Counted from the stretch's first letter, positions 1-9,228 are shown. The stretch: DNA of 20,000 nucleotides from Chiloscyllium plagiosum (GCF_004010195.1 NC_057720.1:11145814-11165813), one strand, 5' to 3'. A program made the numbers and translations. The notes: generated by a model not told the origin, from the sequence alone.

Positions 1-446
1 GATGTGGGTCAATTACCCACATTTAGAAGACATTTGGATAAGTCCATCAATAGATTAGATTAGATTACTTACAGTATGGAAACAGGCCCTTCGGCCCAAC
101 AAGTCCACACCGCCCCGCCGAAGCGTAACCCACCCAAACCCCTACATTTACCCTTTACCTAACACTACGGGCAATTTAGCATGGCCAATTCACCTGACCT
201 GCACATCTTTGGACTGTGGGAGGAAACCGGAGCACTCGGAGGAAACCCACGCAGACATGGGGAGAACGTGCAAACTCCACACAGTCAGTCGCCTGAGGCG
301 GGAATTGAACCCGAGTCTCTGGCGCTGTGAGGCATAGGAAAGATTTGGAGAGATATGGGCCAGGAGCAGGCTTAGTTTAGATTCTGATTATGTTCAGCAT
401 GGATTGGTTCAACTGATGGGTCCGTTTCTGTGCTGTACAACTCTAT
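1..446 (+). mobile_element. CR1 LINE 3' end, split by a SINE insertion at 52-334
   Basis: 1-51 (ACATTTAGAAGACATTTGGATAAGTCCATCAAT) and 335-446 (TAGGAAAGATTTGGAGAGATATGGGCCAGG...TCCGTTTCTGTGCTGTACAACTCTAT) join into a typical CR1 ORF2 end and 3' UTR. They resemble the CR1 end at 2060-2210. Confidence 0.8.
52..334 (-). mobile_element. HE1/V-SINE (tRNA-derived), slightly 5'-truncated
   Basis: The minus strand has a B-box (GGTTCAATTCC), a V-domain (GTGTGGAGTTTGCACGTTCTCCCC...GGTTTCCTCCCACAGTCCAAAGATGTGCAGG), a CR1-like 3' tail and a (TCTAA)n terminal repeat. It is homologous to 4897-5238. Confidence 0.92.
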
Positions 447-611
447 TTGTGTTTTAAATGGGTGACGCCTAACTTTTACACTGTCACCTGCTAACCCTCA
501 GCTATTGGCTGCAGATGCTTCATCCTGAGCTGTTTCCGTCAGTGTTTCCGTCAGATTCACCTCATGCCTCCACACTCAGATCCAGAGCAAAGGGGTAGAT
601 CACACGTACCT

Positions 612-670
612 CAGCTGGAGTAGGAATCAAACTCATGCTGCTGCCATTAATCACTGGCCACATAAGCTAC
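612..670 (-). mobile_element. Possible degenerate tRNA-derived SINE head
   Basis: The minus strand reads GAGTTTGATTCC, a B-box-like motif. The match is short and diverged. Confidence 0.3.
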
Positions 671-864
671 TTATGTCCCAGTGCTTGTGTAAACTTCTGC
701 AATGTCACGCCTCTGGAATTAGCGCCTTATCATAATTGTCGGTTAGGTGGCACTTAAATGACACTAACTGCACCGACTAATTTGAGCTGTTTCAAGCAGT
801 TGTTCATGTAATCTCTTTCTTTTTTATCACACTCACAAACTCAAGGCTTGATTTTACAATTGTG

Positions 865-1128
865 TTTGAGCCTGAGATGAGTTTCTGATCTCGTACTGGT
901 GTCATGACTAAGACCATCAACCTTTACTTCCATAACATCGCCCAAATTCACCCCACCTCAGCTCACATGCTATTCAAATGTCCTCCGTGTCTTCAAAGCC
1001 TCTGGTCTTGACAATTCCAATGGACTGCTGACTGGTCTCTCAAATTCTACCGTCAGTAAACTGGAAGTCATCCACAACACTGCTGCCTATTTCTTAACTC
1101 GCAACCCAGTCCCGATTCCCTATCAGCC
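865..1128 (+). mobile_element. L2 LINE ORF2 C-terminal relic
   Basis: Frameshifted segments translate to FEPEMSF, TKTI..YFHNIAQ, LDNSNGLLTGL and KLEVIHNTAAYFLT. These match the L2 pattern FDPELSF/AYFHLRNIAR/RLDYSNALLAGL/KLQ.IQNSAA..LT. Confidence 0.7.
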
Positions 1129-1469
1129 TGCAAAAGATTGCGGAAAGCTGCAGCACAGAGGGACTGAGAGTATTTTGTGCATAAATCACAAGGTCACCCA
1201 GTAATAGGGAAGGCAGAGAGACCAGGGGCCTTTATTTCAATGCAAATGGAAAAGAAACGTAGGGAAGCCTTACTAAAATTATACAAGATGCTAGTCCAAC
1301 AACAGCTGGAATCCTCTGACCGGTTTTGGACCCCTTATTGAAGGAAAGAAATACTAGCATTGGAGGGTGTTCAAAGAACGTTCACTAGATGGATCTGAAG
1401 TAAGGAGAGACTGCCTTCTGAGGAAAGTTGGAGTAGGTTGGGCCTAAGTTGCTTGGAGTTAAGAAGAAG

Positions 1470-2210
1470 AGTAGCATTTACACACTTTATGGTAAGGTCC
1501 TGGGGAGTGTTGCTGAACAAAGAGACCTTGGGGTGCAGGTTCATAGCTTCTTGAAAGCGGAGTCCTAGGATGTCAGGATAATGAAGAAGGGGTTTGGTAA
1601 ACTTGCCTTTATTGGTCGGAGCATTGAGTATAGGAGTTGGGAGGTCATGTTGCAGCTGTACAGGGCATTGTTTAGGCCATTTTTACAATGCTGATTGCAA
1701 TTCTGGTCTCCTTCCTGTAGGAAGGATGTTGTGAAACTTGAAAGGGTTCAGCAAAGATTTACAAGGAATTTGCCAAGGTTGGAGGTGTTGAGCTATAAGG
1801 AGAGGTTGAACAGGCTGGGGCTGTTTTCTCTGGGGCATCGGAGACTGAGGGGTGATCTTATAGAGGTTTATAAAATCATGAGGGACATGGATAGGATAAA
1901 TAGTTAAGTCTTTTCCCCAGGATAAGGGAGTCCAAAACTAGAGGACATAGGTTTAAGGTGAGAGGGGAAAGATTTAAAAGAGACCTAAGGGGCAACATTT
2001 TCAAGCAGAGGAGTTGTACATGTATGGAATGAGCTGTCAAAGGAAGTGGAAGAGACTGGTCCATTGACAACATTTAAAAACGGTTTTAGAGGGATATGGG
2101 CCAAGTGCTAGGAAATGGAACTAGATTTATTTAGGATATCTGATCAGCATGGACGAGTTAGACTGAAGGATCTGTTTTCATGCCATATAATTCTATGAGT
2201 CTCTGACTCT
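1470..2210 (+). mobile_element. Younger 5'-truncated CR1 LINE (ORF2 C-terminus plus 3' UTR)
   Basis: ORF 1695-1907 (QFWSP..RKDVVKLERVQQRFTR..LP.L..LSYKERLNRLGLFSL..RRLRGDLIEVYKIM) is the CR1 signature. It ends in a TTCTATGA/CTCTGA-type tail, and AAGAA occurs at both junctions. Confidence 0.92.
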
Positions 2211-2315
2211 AAGAATGAGACGCGACTTCATTGAAATGTTTTAGATTCTTAGAGGATTTGACAGCATAGATGCAGAATGGCTGTTTCCCATTGTGAGACC
2301 AGAGGAGATAATTTC

Positions 2316-2966
2316 AGAGTGAAGAGTGTGGTGCAAGAAAAGCACAGCAGGTCAGGCAGCATCCGAGGAGTAGGAGAATTGAAGCTTTGGGCATAAGCCC
2401 TTCATTAGGAATGAGGCTTGTGGGCCGGGGGTGCTGAGAAATAAATGGGAGGGGGGGATGGGGCTAGAGGGAAGGTCTCTGGGACACACGCACCAAGCAA
2501 CCCCACTACCTCATGGCTGAACACTTCACCAAGGACATGCAGGTCCTGGGCTTCTTCCAATGCCAAACCCTAACCACCCAACAACTGGAGGAGCAACACC
2601 TCATTTTCCTTGGGATCCTGCAACCACACAGGATTAATGTGGATTTCACCAGTTTTCTCATTTCCCCTTCCCCCACCTTATCCCAGTCCCAAGCCTCTAA
2701 CTTGGCACTGCCCTCTTGACCTATCCATCATCTTTTTCATCAATAAGCTCCACCCTCCTCTCAGACCTATCACCTTCCCACCCAATTTCATCCACATATC
2801 ACATTCTCAGCTACCCTCCCCCCCCCAGCCCCGACCCTGATTCCCGACGAAGGGCTTATGCCCGAAGCATCAATTCTCCTGCTCCTCGGATACTGCCTGA
2901 CCTGCTGTGCTTTTCCAGCACCACACTCTCGACTCTGATCTCCCATCTGCAGTCCTCACTTGCTCT
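2316..2966 (+). mobile_element. Penelope-like element 3' fragment with a 5' inverted pLTR
   Basis: ORF 2513-2719 (AEHF..KDMQVLG..LEEQHLIF.LG.LQP..INVDF) resembles the C-terminus of the PLE GIY-YIG endonuclease. 2316-2412 is the reverse complement of the terminal repeat at about 2840-2937. Confidence 0.85.
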
Positions 2967-3813
2967 AAGATAACCTCTGAGTAAGGGATCGTCTATTTGA
3001 AATAGAGAAGGGGAGGAATTTCTTCTGTCAGAGGGTAGTGAATCTGTGGTCACTTCAAAAAGGAAATTAATCCATACTTCAAAAGGAAAGCTTTGCAAAG
3101 TTGTGAGGAAAATGTAGTGACACTGGGCTGATTGGATTATTTTTATTTTAAAGGAATTGGCATTTTCCCTTGGGCTGAATGGCCTCTTGCTATGCTGGAG
3201 GATTCTGAGAATCTCACACCGCAACATGGCAGTCTGTTTCAATTGATTTTCAATCTCTGAATCCATCTGATATTTTTAGGTTATTCTCGAGATTTCAGTA
3301 AACATCAACCAGCAAGTTTCCAAATTTCAGTTCTGAGATGTGATGGTTTCTTAAAAAAAATACATATTGTTTGTTTAGAAAATTCTAACTGAAACCCCAT
3401 GGAAATTGAAAATATCTTCAGATTGAAACAAGGAAGAGCTCAGATTAAATTGAAGCATTTGAAGAATTGTCAAGGATTACTGCGCACATGTTATTGATAA
3501 TATTTGCAGTAAGCACTAAATTTATAAGATGGCAAAACTTACAGCGGTAACTTAGAGGAAACTTAGGGAAAGACCCTTAAAGCCTCTATGTACATAATGG
3601 AAGCTTGTTGATTAGGAAAAGTAACAAATTGAATGAGGTTTGAACCACTCACACTATATCTCCAAGCACTTCGAAAATTTGTCAATGAGGTGCAAGAATA
3701 TCGAGATTTCAAAAAACAGCAAGAGATTTTTCTAAGGTCACAAAAAACAGTCATTTAGTTGTAGAACTTGTGTATTACTAAAAGGTAGATGTGCTCTCAG
3801 AACATTCTATTGT

Positions 3814-3996
3814 GTACTCCTCAGGACAGAATGCAAGAATACCAAATCTGACAGGGAACAACAATTTTCACTGTATGAGAAGGCAATGCTGATTGGTTGA
3901 TGAGTGAACTTTTAACACGGGAAGATTTATCAAGCAACCATAAATTGTTGTTCCCTTTGAAATTTGGCATTCTTGCAATTCTGTCCTGATCAGTAC
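3814..3996. repeat. Inverted-repeat element with ~55-bp arms, family unassigned
   Basis: 3814-3867 (GTACTCCTCAGGACAGAATGCAAGAATACCAAATCTGACAGGGAACAACAATTT) is an imperfect reverse complement of 3942-3996. A homologous copy lies at 13725-13895. Confidence 0.8.
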
Positions 3997-4057
3997 CATT
4001 TCAAAAGTTTCAATAATGATGAAACAGGAGAATTAACTTTAAGTTGGTATTTTTTTA

Positions 4058-4692
4058 ATCAACACAGAATCACTAACCAGAAACTGATAGCCAAGTTCTG
4101 TACCCATGAACAAGACCTCAGCTGTGATCTTGGGTTCATGTCATACCACATGTGACACCACCACACTGTTCTGTAAAATCTTCCTTACTGTCCATTTTGT
4201 CATCATCACCTTGATAAATTGTTATGATCTCTCTACCTTAATTAATTTGTACAGTTTTGGATTACTTATTACTTTGGTTAGACCCTTGACATACTATTCT
4301 TATACCTATCATATTATTCCAATTATTTGATTTGTCTCCAGCACCACTTTATTTTTATCTTTTTGTAATTATCTCTCTGCCTCACTGAATCGGGTTATAG
4401 GTCAACCCTTCACTTGTTGTTCAACTGTTGACACTTTACTCACACCGTATGACATTCTTGATCACCTGCAGAGACCTATTATTCAGCCTGTCGACACTCC
4501 GCGCACACCACTTGTATGATCTTTTGATCTCTCTGCCTATAAACGCTGTGCTTGTGTGCTTCTCTCACACTTCACCTGATGTAGGGGCAGTGCTTCAAAA
4601 GCTTATGATTTCAAATAAACCTGTTGGACTATAACCTGATGCCTCTGACTTTATCTACCCCAGTCCCCAACATCGGCGCCTCCACATCATGG
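4058..4692 (+). mobile_element. Penelope-like element (second family): endonuclease C-terminus, 3' UTR and pLTR
   Basis: The end of ORF 3964-4155 (RITNQKLIAKFCTHEQDLSCDLGFMSY) resembles the PLE GIY-YIG C-terminus (EQKLI.KF.T...GLN.D). The terminal region has CACCTGATGTAGGGGCAGTGCTTCAAAAGCTT and AATAAACCTGTTGGACTATAACCTG. Confidence 0.8.
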
Positions 4693-4711
4693 CTATCTTA
4701 GACCTTGTGGT

Positions 4712-4882
4712 AATCATCTATTCGCTCTCTGCCTAAACGTTGCTATCCAATGATGTGATCAGCTCCTTCTACACTCTCCAGATAGGCCTCTGCCTCACAG
4801 ATGTACAACAGCCTCTGCACAATTTTCGAAACAGGGAGCTCAACCTTGTGCAGCTGGTATTACTTCTTGCAGATGTGTACCC
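4712..4882 (-). mobile_element. Degenerate CR1 ORF1 N-terminal region; 5240-5460 may be its 5' UTR
   Basis: The minus strand translates to VHICKK*YQLHKVELPVSKIVQRLLYICEAEAYLESV. This resembles the zinc-finger/leucine-zipper start of fish-type CR1 ORF1 (H.CRKC.QL..LE.RV.ELE.RL..L..IREAE.Y.DS). Confidence 0.6.
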
Positions 4883-4896
4883 ATTGTGAAAATAGC

Positions 4897-5238
4897 AATC
4901 ATAGAACATAGAATCATAGAATCCCGAGAGTGTGGAAACAGGCCCTTCAGCCCAACAAGTCCACAATGACCTTCTGAAGAATAACCCATGCAGACCTATT
5001 CCCCTACCCTCTTACTCTACATTTACCCTGACTAATGCACCTAACTCACACTTTGGACAATTTAACATGGCCAATTCACCTGACCTGCACACCTTTGGAC
5101 TGTGGGAGGAAACCGGAGGAAACCCACACAGACACAGAAAGAATGTGCAAGCTCCACACAGTTACCTGAGGCTGGAATCGAACCCATGTACATGGCGCTG
5201 TGAGGCAGCAGTGCTAACCACTGAACCACCGTGCTGCC
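4897..5238 (-). mobile_element. HE1/V-SINE, full length
   Basis: The minus strand begins GGCAGCACGGTGGTTCAGTGGTTAGCAC (A-box), then GGTTCGATTCC (B-box), the V-domain, a CR1-like tail and (TTCTATGA)n. Confidence 0.93.
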
Positions 5239-5487
5239 TTGCTTCCCGAGCCTGGCAGCATGGTCTCCTGTTTTGGACCTGAGGGAAGAGCACCATCCTG
5301 CCCACTAAGACCTCCAGGTCCCAGTCGGGAGAGCAGGCTGCCAGTGTACCCCTGTCCGTAATCTGCAGCACAGTTCTCGAGACAGAGGAATTGTGTCGGG
5401 CAGATGCAGACTGACAGGGTCTGACCTGGTGTACAACTGCATTTTAAAGGTGGAGCCAATGCCAGAAATCCTACAGATCCGGGAAAT

Positions 5488-5694
5488 AAAAAAATATGTT
5501 GCTGGAAAAGCGCAGCAGGTCAGGCAGCATCAAAGGAGCAGGAGAATCGACGTTTCGGGCATAAGCCCTGAAGAGGGGCTTATGCCCGAAACGTTGATTC
5601 TCCTGCTCCTTGGATGCTGCCTGACCTGCTGCGCTTTTCCAGCAACACATTTTTCAGCTCTGATCTCCGGCATCTGCAGTCCTCACTTTCTCCT
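5488..5694 (+). mobile_element. Non-coding fold-back PLE pLTR mini-element
   Basis: The ~77-bp inverted arms (about 5491-5567 and 5577-5654) are followed by the tail CAGCTCTGATCTCCGGCATCTGCAGTCCTCACTTTCTCC. It is flanked by AGATCCGGGAAAT (5475-5487) and AGATTCTGGAAAT (5695-5707). Confidence 0.85.
5568..5599 (+). ncRNA. Minimal hammerhead ribozyme motif (PLE-associated), intact core
   Basis: CTGAAGA-G-GGGC-TTAT-GCCC-GAAA-CGTT-GATT gives CUGANGA and GAAA boxes, a 4-bp stem II and the palindrome AACGTT in place of stem III. The 5' strand of stem I is replaced by the inversion junction. Confidence 0.65.
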
Positions 5695-5811
5695 AGATTC
5701 TGGAAATGGCAATTACATCCACCTGTGGCGAAAGGGAAGATTCTAAAGGTGTGCACCATCGAGGTGTGGCGCGTAGGTGATGAAGTGTGTTTCAGAGACA
5801 GAACCAGAAAG

Positions 5812-6040
5812 GGCAAGAGAAACTCAGCAGGTCTGGCAGCATCTGTGGAGAGAAAGCAGAATAAATGTTTCAGGTCCAGTTCAGAAATTGGAGGGCTTCA
5901 GCTCTGAAAAAGGGTCACTGGACTTGCATAGTTAACTCTGTTTCTCTCTCTCTGCAGGTGTTCCCAGATCTGCTGAGTTTCTCCAGCACTTTTGGTTTTG
6001 TTTCAGCTCTCTAGCATCCTCAATGTTTTGTTTTATTTTT
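5812..6040 (+). mobile_element. Older fold-back PLE pLTR mini-element (third family)
   Basis: GAGAAACTCAGCAGGTCTGGCAGCATCTGTGGAGAGA is inverted against TCTCTCTGCAGGTGTTCCCAGATCTGCTGAGTTTCTC. The centre has the decayed core CTGAAAAAGGGTCACTGGACTTGCATAGTT. It is the same family as the terminus at 15527-15632. Confidence 0.75.
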
Positions 6041-6299
6041 GAGGTCTGGAGACAGTGTAAGAAATCTAACGGGGGTTCACAGAGAGAAACTTGACATAAA
6101 AGTGACACGTGGTTGATTTCCACTGAATTTCAGCCATTTGTTTATAATGTTCTTCACTAGTGAGAGTATTCAAATTTATCAGTCAGATTGAAAGCTATGG
6201 ATAGAATTTGCTTTCAAAATGGATTTGGCATCCATAAAATATCAATCAGTTTGATCAAATCTTGATTCGGTAACACTTAATATCGTTAGCTCATAAAAA

Positions 6300-6455
6300 T
6301 CAATCAATCTCCAATTAGAAACATTCAATTGAGGCCCAACCATCAGCAGCTTTTTTGAGGAGAGTTGCATTACCCTTGGGATGAAGGTGTGGTTCATGGT
6401 ACCATCCCCGAATAGCCGAGGTCTAACTTTGACAAAATGCCCCATTATTCTGGGC
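6300..6455 (-). mobile_element. Highly degenerate CR1 3' fragment
   Basis: It weakly resembles the reverse complement of the CR1 ORF2 terminal segment (TRGH..K.....F...R..FF.QRVV..WN.LP). Confidence 0.45.
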
Positions 6456-6521
6456 ACTGGCACTTGAGTTACTAAAGTCAAGAAAGAAAGTATCAAATTC
6501 TTTAAACATCTTAAACAACAC

Positions 6522-6802
6522 AATTCATTCATTCACAGGATGTGGGAATCACTGTCAGGCCTTCATTTATTGCCCAAAGGGCATTTGAGAGTCATTCATA
6601 TTGCTGTCTGGAGCCACATGTTGGCCAGACCAGGTAAGGATGGCAGTTTTCTCCCAAGGGGCTATTAATGAACCCAATGGGTTTTTCCCAGATTTTTATT
6701 GAATCCCAATTCCACCATCTGCCATGACAGGATTTGAACCTGGGATCCAGAACATTATCTGGGCCAACAGTCCAGCAATAATAGCACCAGGCCATCACCT
6801 GC
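6522..6802 (-). mobile_element. tRNA-derived SINE (non-HE1 family)
   Basis: The minus strand has A-box-like TGGCCTGGTG and B-box GGTTCAAATCC. Its 3' tail GGGCAATAAATG...CCCACATCCTGTGAATGAATGAAT is shared with the LINE ends at 7380-7420 and 9292-9360. Confidence 0.8.
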
Positions 6803-6911
6803 CCATGATCAGCCTCAATATTCTAATCCAGGAAGAATACAAGCCATTTAAATGGATGGCTAGTGGAACAGATCCAAGACAGGAATTCTGCAAGTAACTC
6901 ATTTACAGTGT

Positions 6912-7420
6912 CCCTAAAGTGCTTTCACCATCTGCAAGAAACTAGCCAGGAGTCCAATGAAATACCCACCACTTGTCTGGATGGGTGCAGCTTCAACGAT
7001 ACTCAATAAACTTGACATCATCCGTGAAAATGAAAAAGTAGTCCACTTGGTTGGGATCCCACCTTCAACAGTCTCATCTCCCTCGCCTACTGGCATTAGG
7101 TTCTAGCAGTGTGCACAATCCACTGAAACAAGTTATCAAGATTCATTTCAAAAGCAACTACTTAACCCTAGAAGGACAGCTACCATCTAGAAGGACAAGG
7201 GCAGCAGTTCCATGTAAATACCATCAAATTTACACACTATCCTGACTGTATCCCTGTTACCTCACTGTCACTAGATCAAAATCCTGGAATTCCTTCCCTC
7301 ACTGCATTATGGGTCTACCTCCAGCAGGTGGACTGCAGTGGTTCAAGAAGGCAGCTCACCACCTTGTGACCTTCTCAAGGGCAACTAGGAATGGACAATA
7401 AATGACGGCCCAGCCCAGCC
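6912..7420 (+). mobile_element. CR1/L2-group LINE (second lineage), 3' fragment
   Basis: Degenerate ORF2 C-terminus (TICKKLARSPMKYPPLVWMGAAST.LNKLD.I) plus a 3' end CTCAAGGGCAACTAGGAATGGACAATAAATG. It is homologous, in opposite orientation, to 9292-9830. Confidence 0.75.
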
Positions 7421-7665
7421 TCCATTTATGTACAAATAAAAGTCTTTTCAGACTGTTGCATAATTTACTTCTTAACGTTATTCTGATAAATGGACTCCAG
7501 GGTCCATTTATCTTCTTGAGGTGCAGTATCTAGCACTGACCACAGTGCCTCAGACATGGCCTAGTTTGCTGAGGCAGAACATTTGGTTAATTGTCTCCTG
7601 ACTACTTGGACTGAGGAAACAATAAACTGCAACCAAAGAATAATCCAAAACGGGATGTTCTTCAG

Positions 7666-7878
7666 AGTCAAGATTAGAGTTGTGCTGGAAAAGCACAGCA
7701 GGTCAGGCAGCATCCGAGGAGCAGGAAAATCAACGTTTCAGGCAAAAGGTCTTCATCAGGCTTTTGCCCAAAACGCTGATTTTCCTGCTCCTCGGATGCT
7801 GCCTGACCTGCTATGCGTTTCCAGCAACACTCTAATCTTGACTCTGATCTCCAGCATCTGCAGTCCTCACTTTTGTCA
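7666..7878 (+). mobile_element. Non-coding fold-back PLE pLTR mini-element with a perfect 13-bp TSD
   Basis: The ~85-bp inverted arms are followed by the tail ATCTCCAGCATCTGCAGTCCTCACTTTTGTC. GGATGTTCTTCAG occurs exactly at 7653-7665 and 7879-7891. Confidence 0.9.
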
Positions 7879-9228
7879 GGATGTTCTTCAGTCCTGTGTT
7901 AAGATTTTCTCAAAAATCTGTCACAATGTTTAAAGCAGCAAGCAAATTAATCCTGTATTTTGGTCAGTGCTACAGAGGGCAATTTGATTTGTGACCTACA
8001 AAGCTGCTTCAAGTTCAATTGAGTTTTGTCTACAAGGCAATTATCTTGTATCTTTTTTTTTGATTCCACGTCTAGATTTCATGTCCAATTAGCCAAATCG
8101 TAGGGAGTCGCAATTACACATCATTAGTAGTGGTTTCTTGTTGCTAGGGGGTGGTTACTTCATTTCTGTTGTCACATTTAGCCGAGAGTAGTTAAGCTGA
8201 ATACTCTTAAAGTCGTTTATATCACCAGTTACATTGGAAGATGCTGTGACTCTTCTTGTGTGGCAAACCTGGCAGTAGTTTTTCATGGGAAATGTTTCAG
8301 GAACAGCAGAAATAAAAAAGGCTTATATTTATAGGTAGGGAAATAAGCAGTAAAGAGGAGAGAAAGAGGTTCGAAGAGATATTGAGGGCAAGTTTCCAGC
8401 TGTTGTAAGGGACAGTGTGATTCTCTGATGTAACATAGAAGGTCCAGCTGGCTACATAATCAATGCAGACCATGAATAATATCCTAGCTTCTCTGCACTT
8501 TGGGAGTGTTGCTCCAGCCAAACAAAATGCATGGCGCCAAATAAACTCAGCAGGAGGCAATAGATTAGATGCAAATTACCTTCAAACTAGGGCTTTTCCC
8601 ATGTCCGGACCCCTCAACATGACCCAATGCCCCCATCTACCACCATAACCAAAGTAACTGGGACAAAAACTCCTCATAACTGGGGATGATCCTTCATTCT
8701 CAACTTTCTCCTGTCCCCACCAGCCCCAGAATGTTCTGGGCGACTATCTCCGCTCCCTCAGAGGGAAGGCTGTTGACCTTTGGTCAGATCTCGTCAGTTT
8801 GTGGGTGGATGCTCTGGGGTTCAGGTGTTTGGGTCAGCTGCATTCTTGGTATCTCTTGTACCGTGCTAGCATTGCTCTGCCAGGACTGGAGGGCGATCAT
8901 CTACTGAAAGACTAATCCTGGGCGACACTTGACCCTGACAATCTCTATTTAAGAAGCAGCTTGATTGAAAATGGTCCCTGTCCGGAACACCATTGAGTGG
9001 AATGCCTTTCTCATCAATTAGTATCTTTCTTACAGCACACCAAATCCCCTGTCAGTAATTACATCCTCATGGCTTGAGATCATTGCTGTTTAACTATGCA
9101 AACTCGCTGAAGGGTTTAATCCAGTCAGTTGCACTTAGGGCAGTGTATAAACTATCAGCATTATCTCAGCTGACAACTTCTAATTTAACAGGATATGGGG
9201 TGTAACCTCACACTAGTATAAAACCCAC

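Larger units (their letters stand above)
1131..3050 (+). mobile_element. Old CR1 ORF2 3' fragment in three pieces (about 1131-1468, 2211-2315, 2968-3050), hosting two nested insertions
   Basis: The degenerate CR1 C-terminus (QRD, LLKLYKMLV, FWTPY, LALEGVQRTFTR) resumes after each insertion with RMRRDFIEMF.ILRGFD and then RNFF.QRVVNLW-like sequence. Confidence 0.75.

Noticed and set aside
738..777. Weak hairpin GTCGGT...ACCGAC
   Set aside because: It is short and gapped, with no second copy in the window.
5165..5238. tRNA genes (also near 290-334, 6725-6800, 19194-19265, 19650-19710)
   Set aside because: The A/B boxes are SINE heads that continue directly into SINE bodies, and I see no complete cloverleaf.
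5393..5907. Recurrent small ORFs with MLPDLLCFSS / VLEKHSRSGSIRGAG motifs (also 2716-3266, 7583-7933, 19555-19919)
   Set aside because: They are translations of the non-coding PLE terminal repeat in various frames, not a protein family.
7666..7878. MITE or DNA transposon call for the fold-back elements
   Set aside because: The arms are asymmetric with a one-sided tail, match the termini of GIY-YIG-encoding PLE fragments in this window, and have 13-14-bp TSDs.
8686..8907. 73-aa hydrophobic ORF as a membrane microprotein or coding exon
   Set aside because: No recognisable homology and no supported exon chain. It is kept only as a low-interest candidate region.
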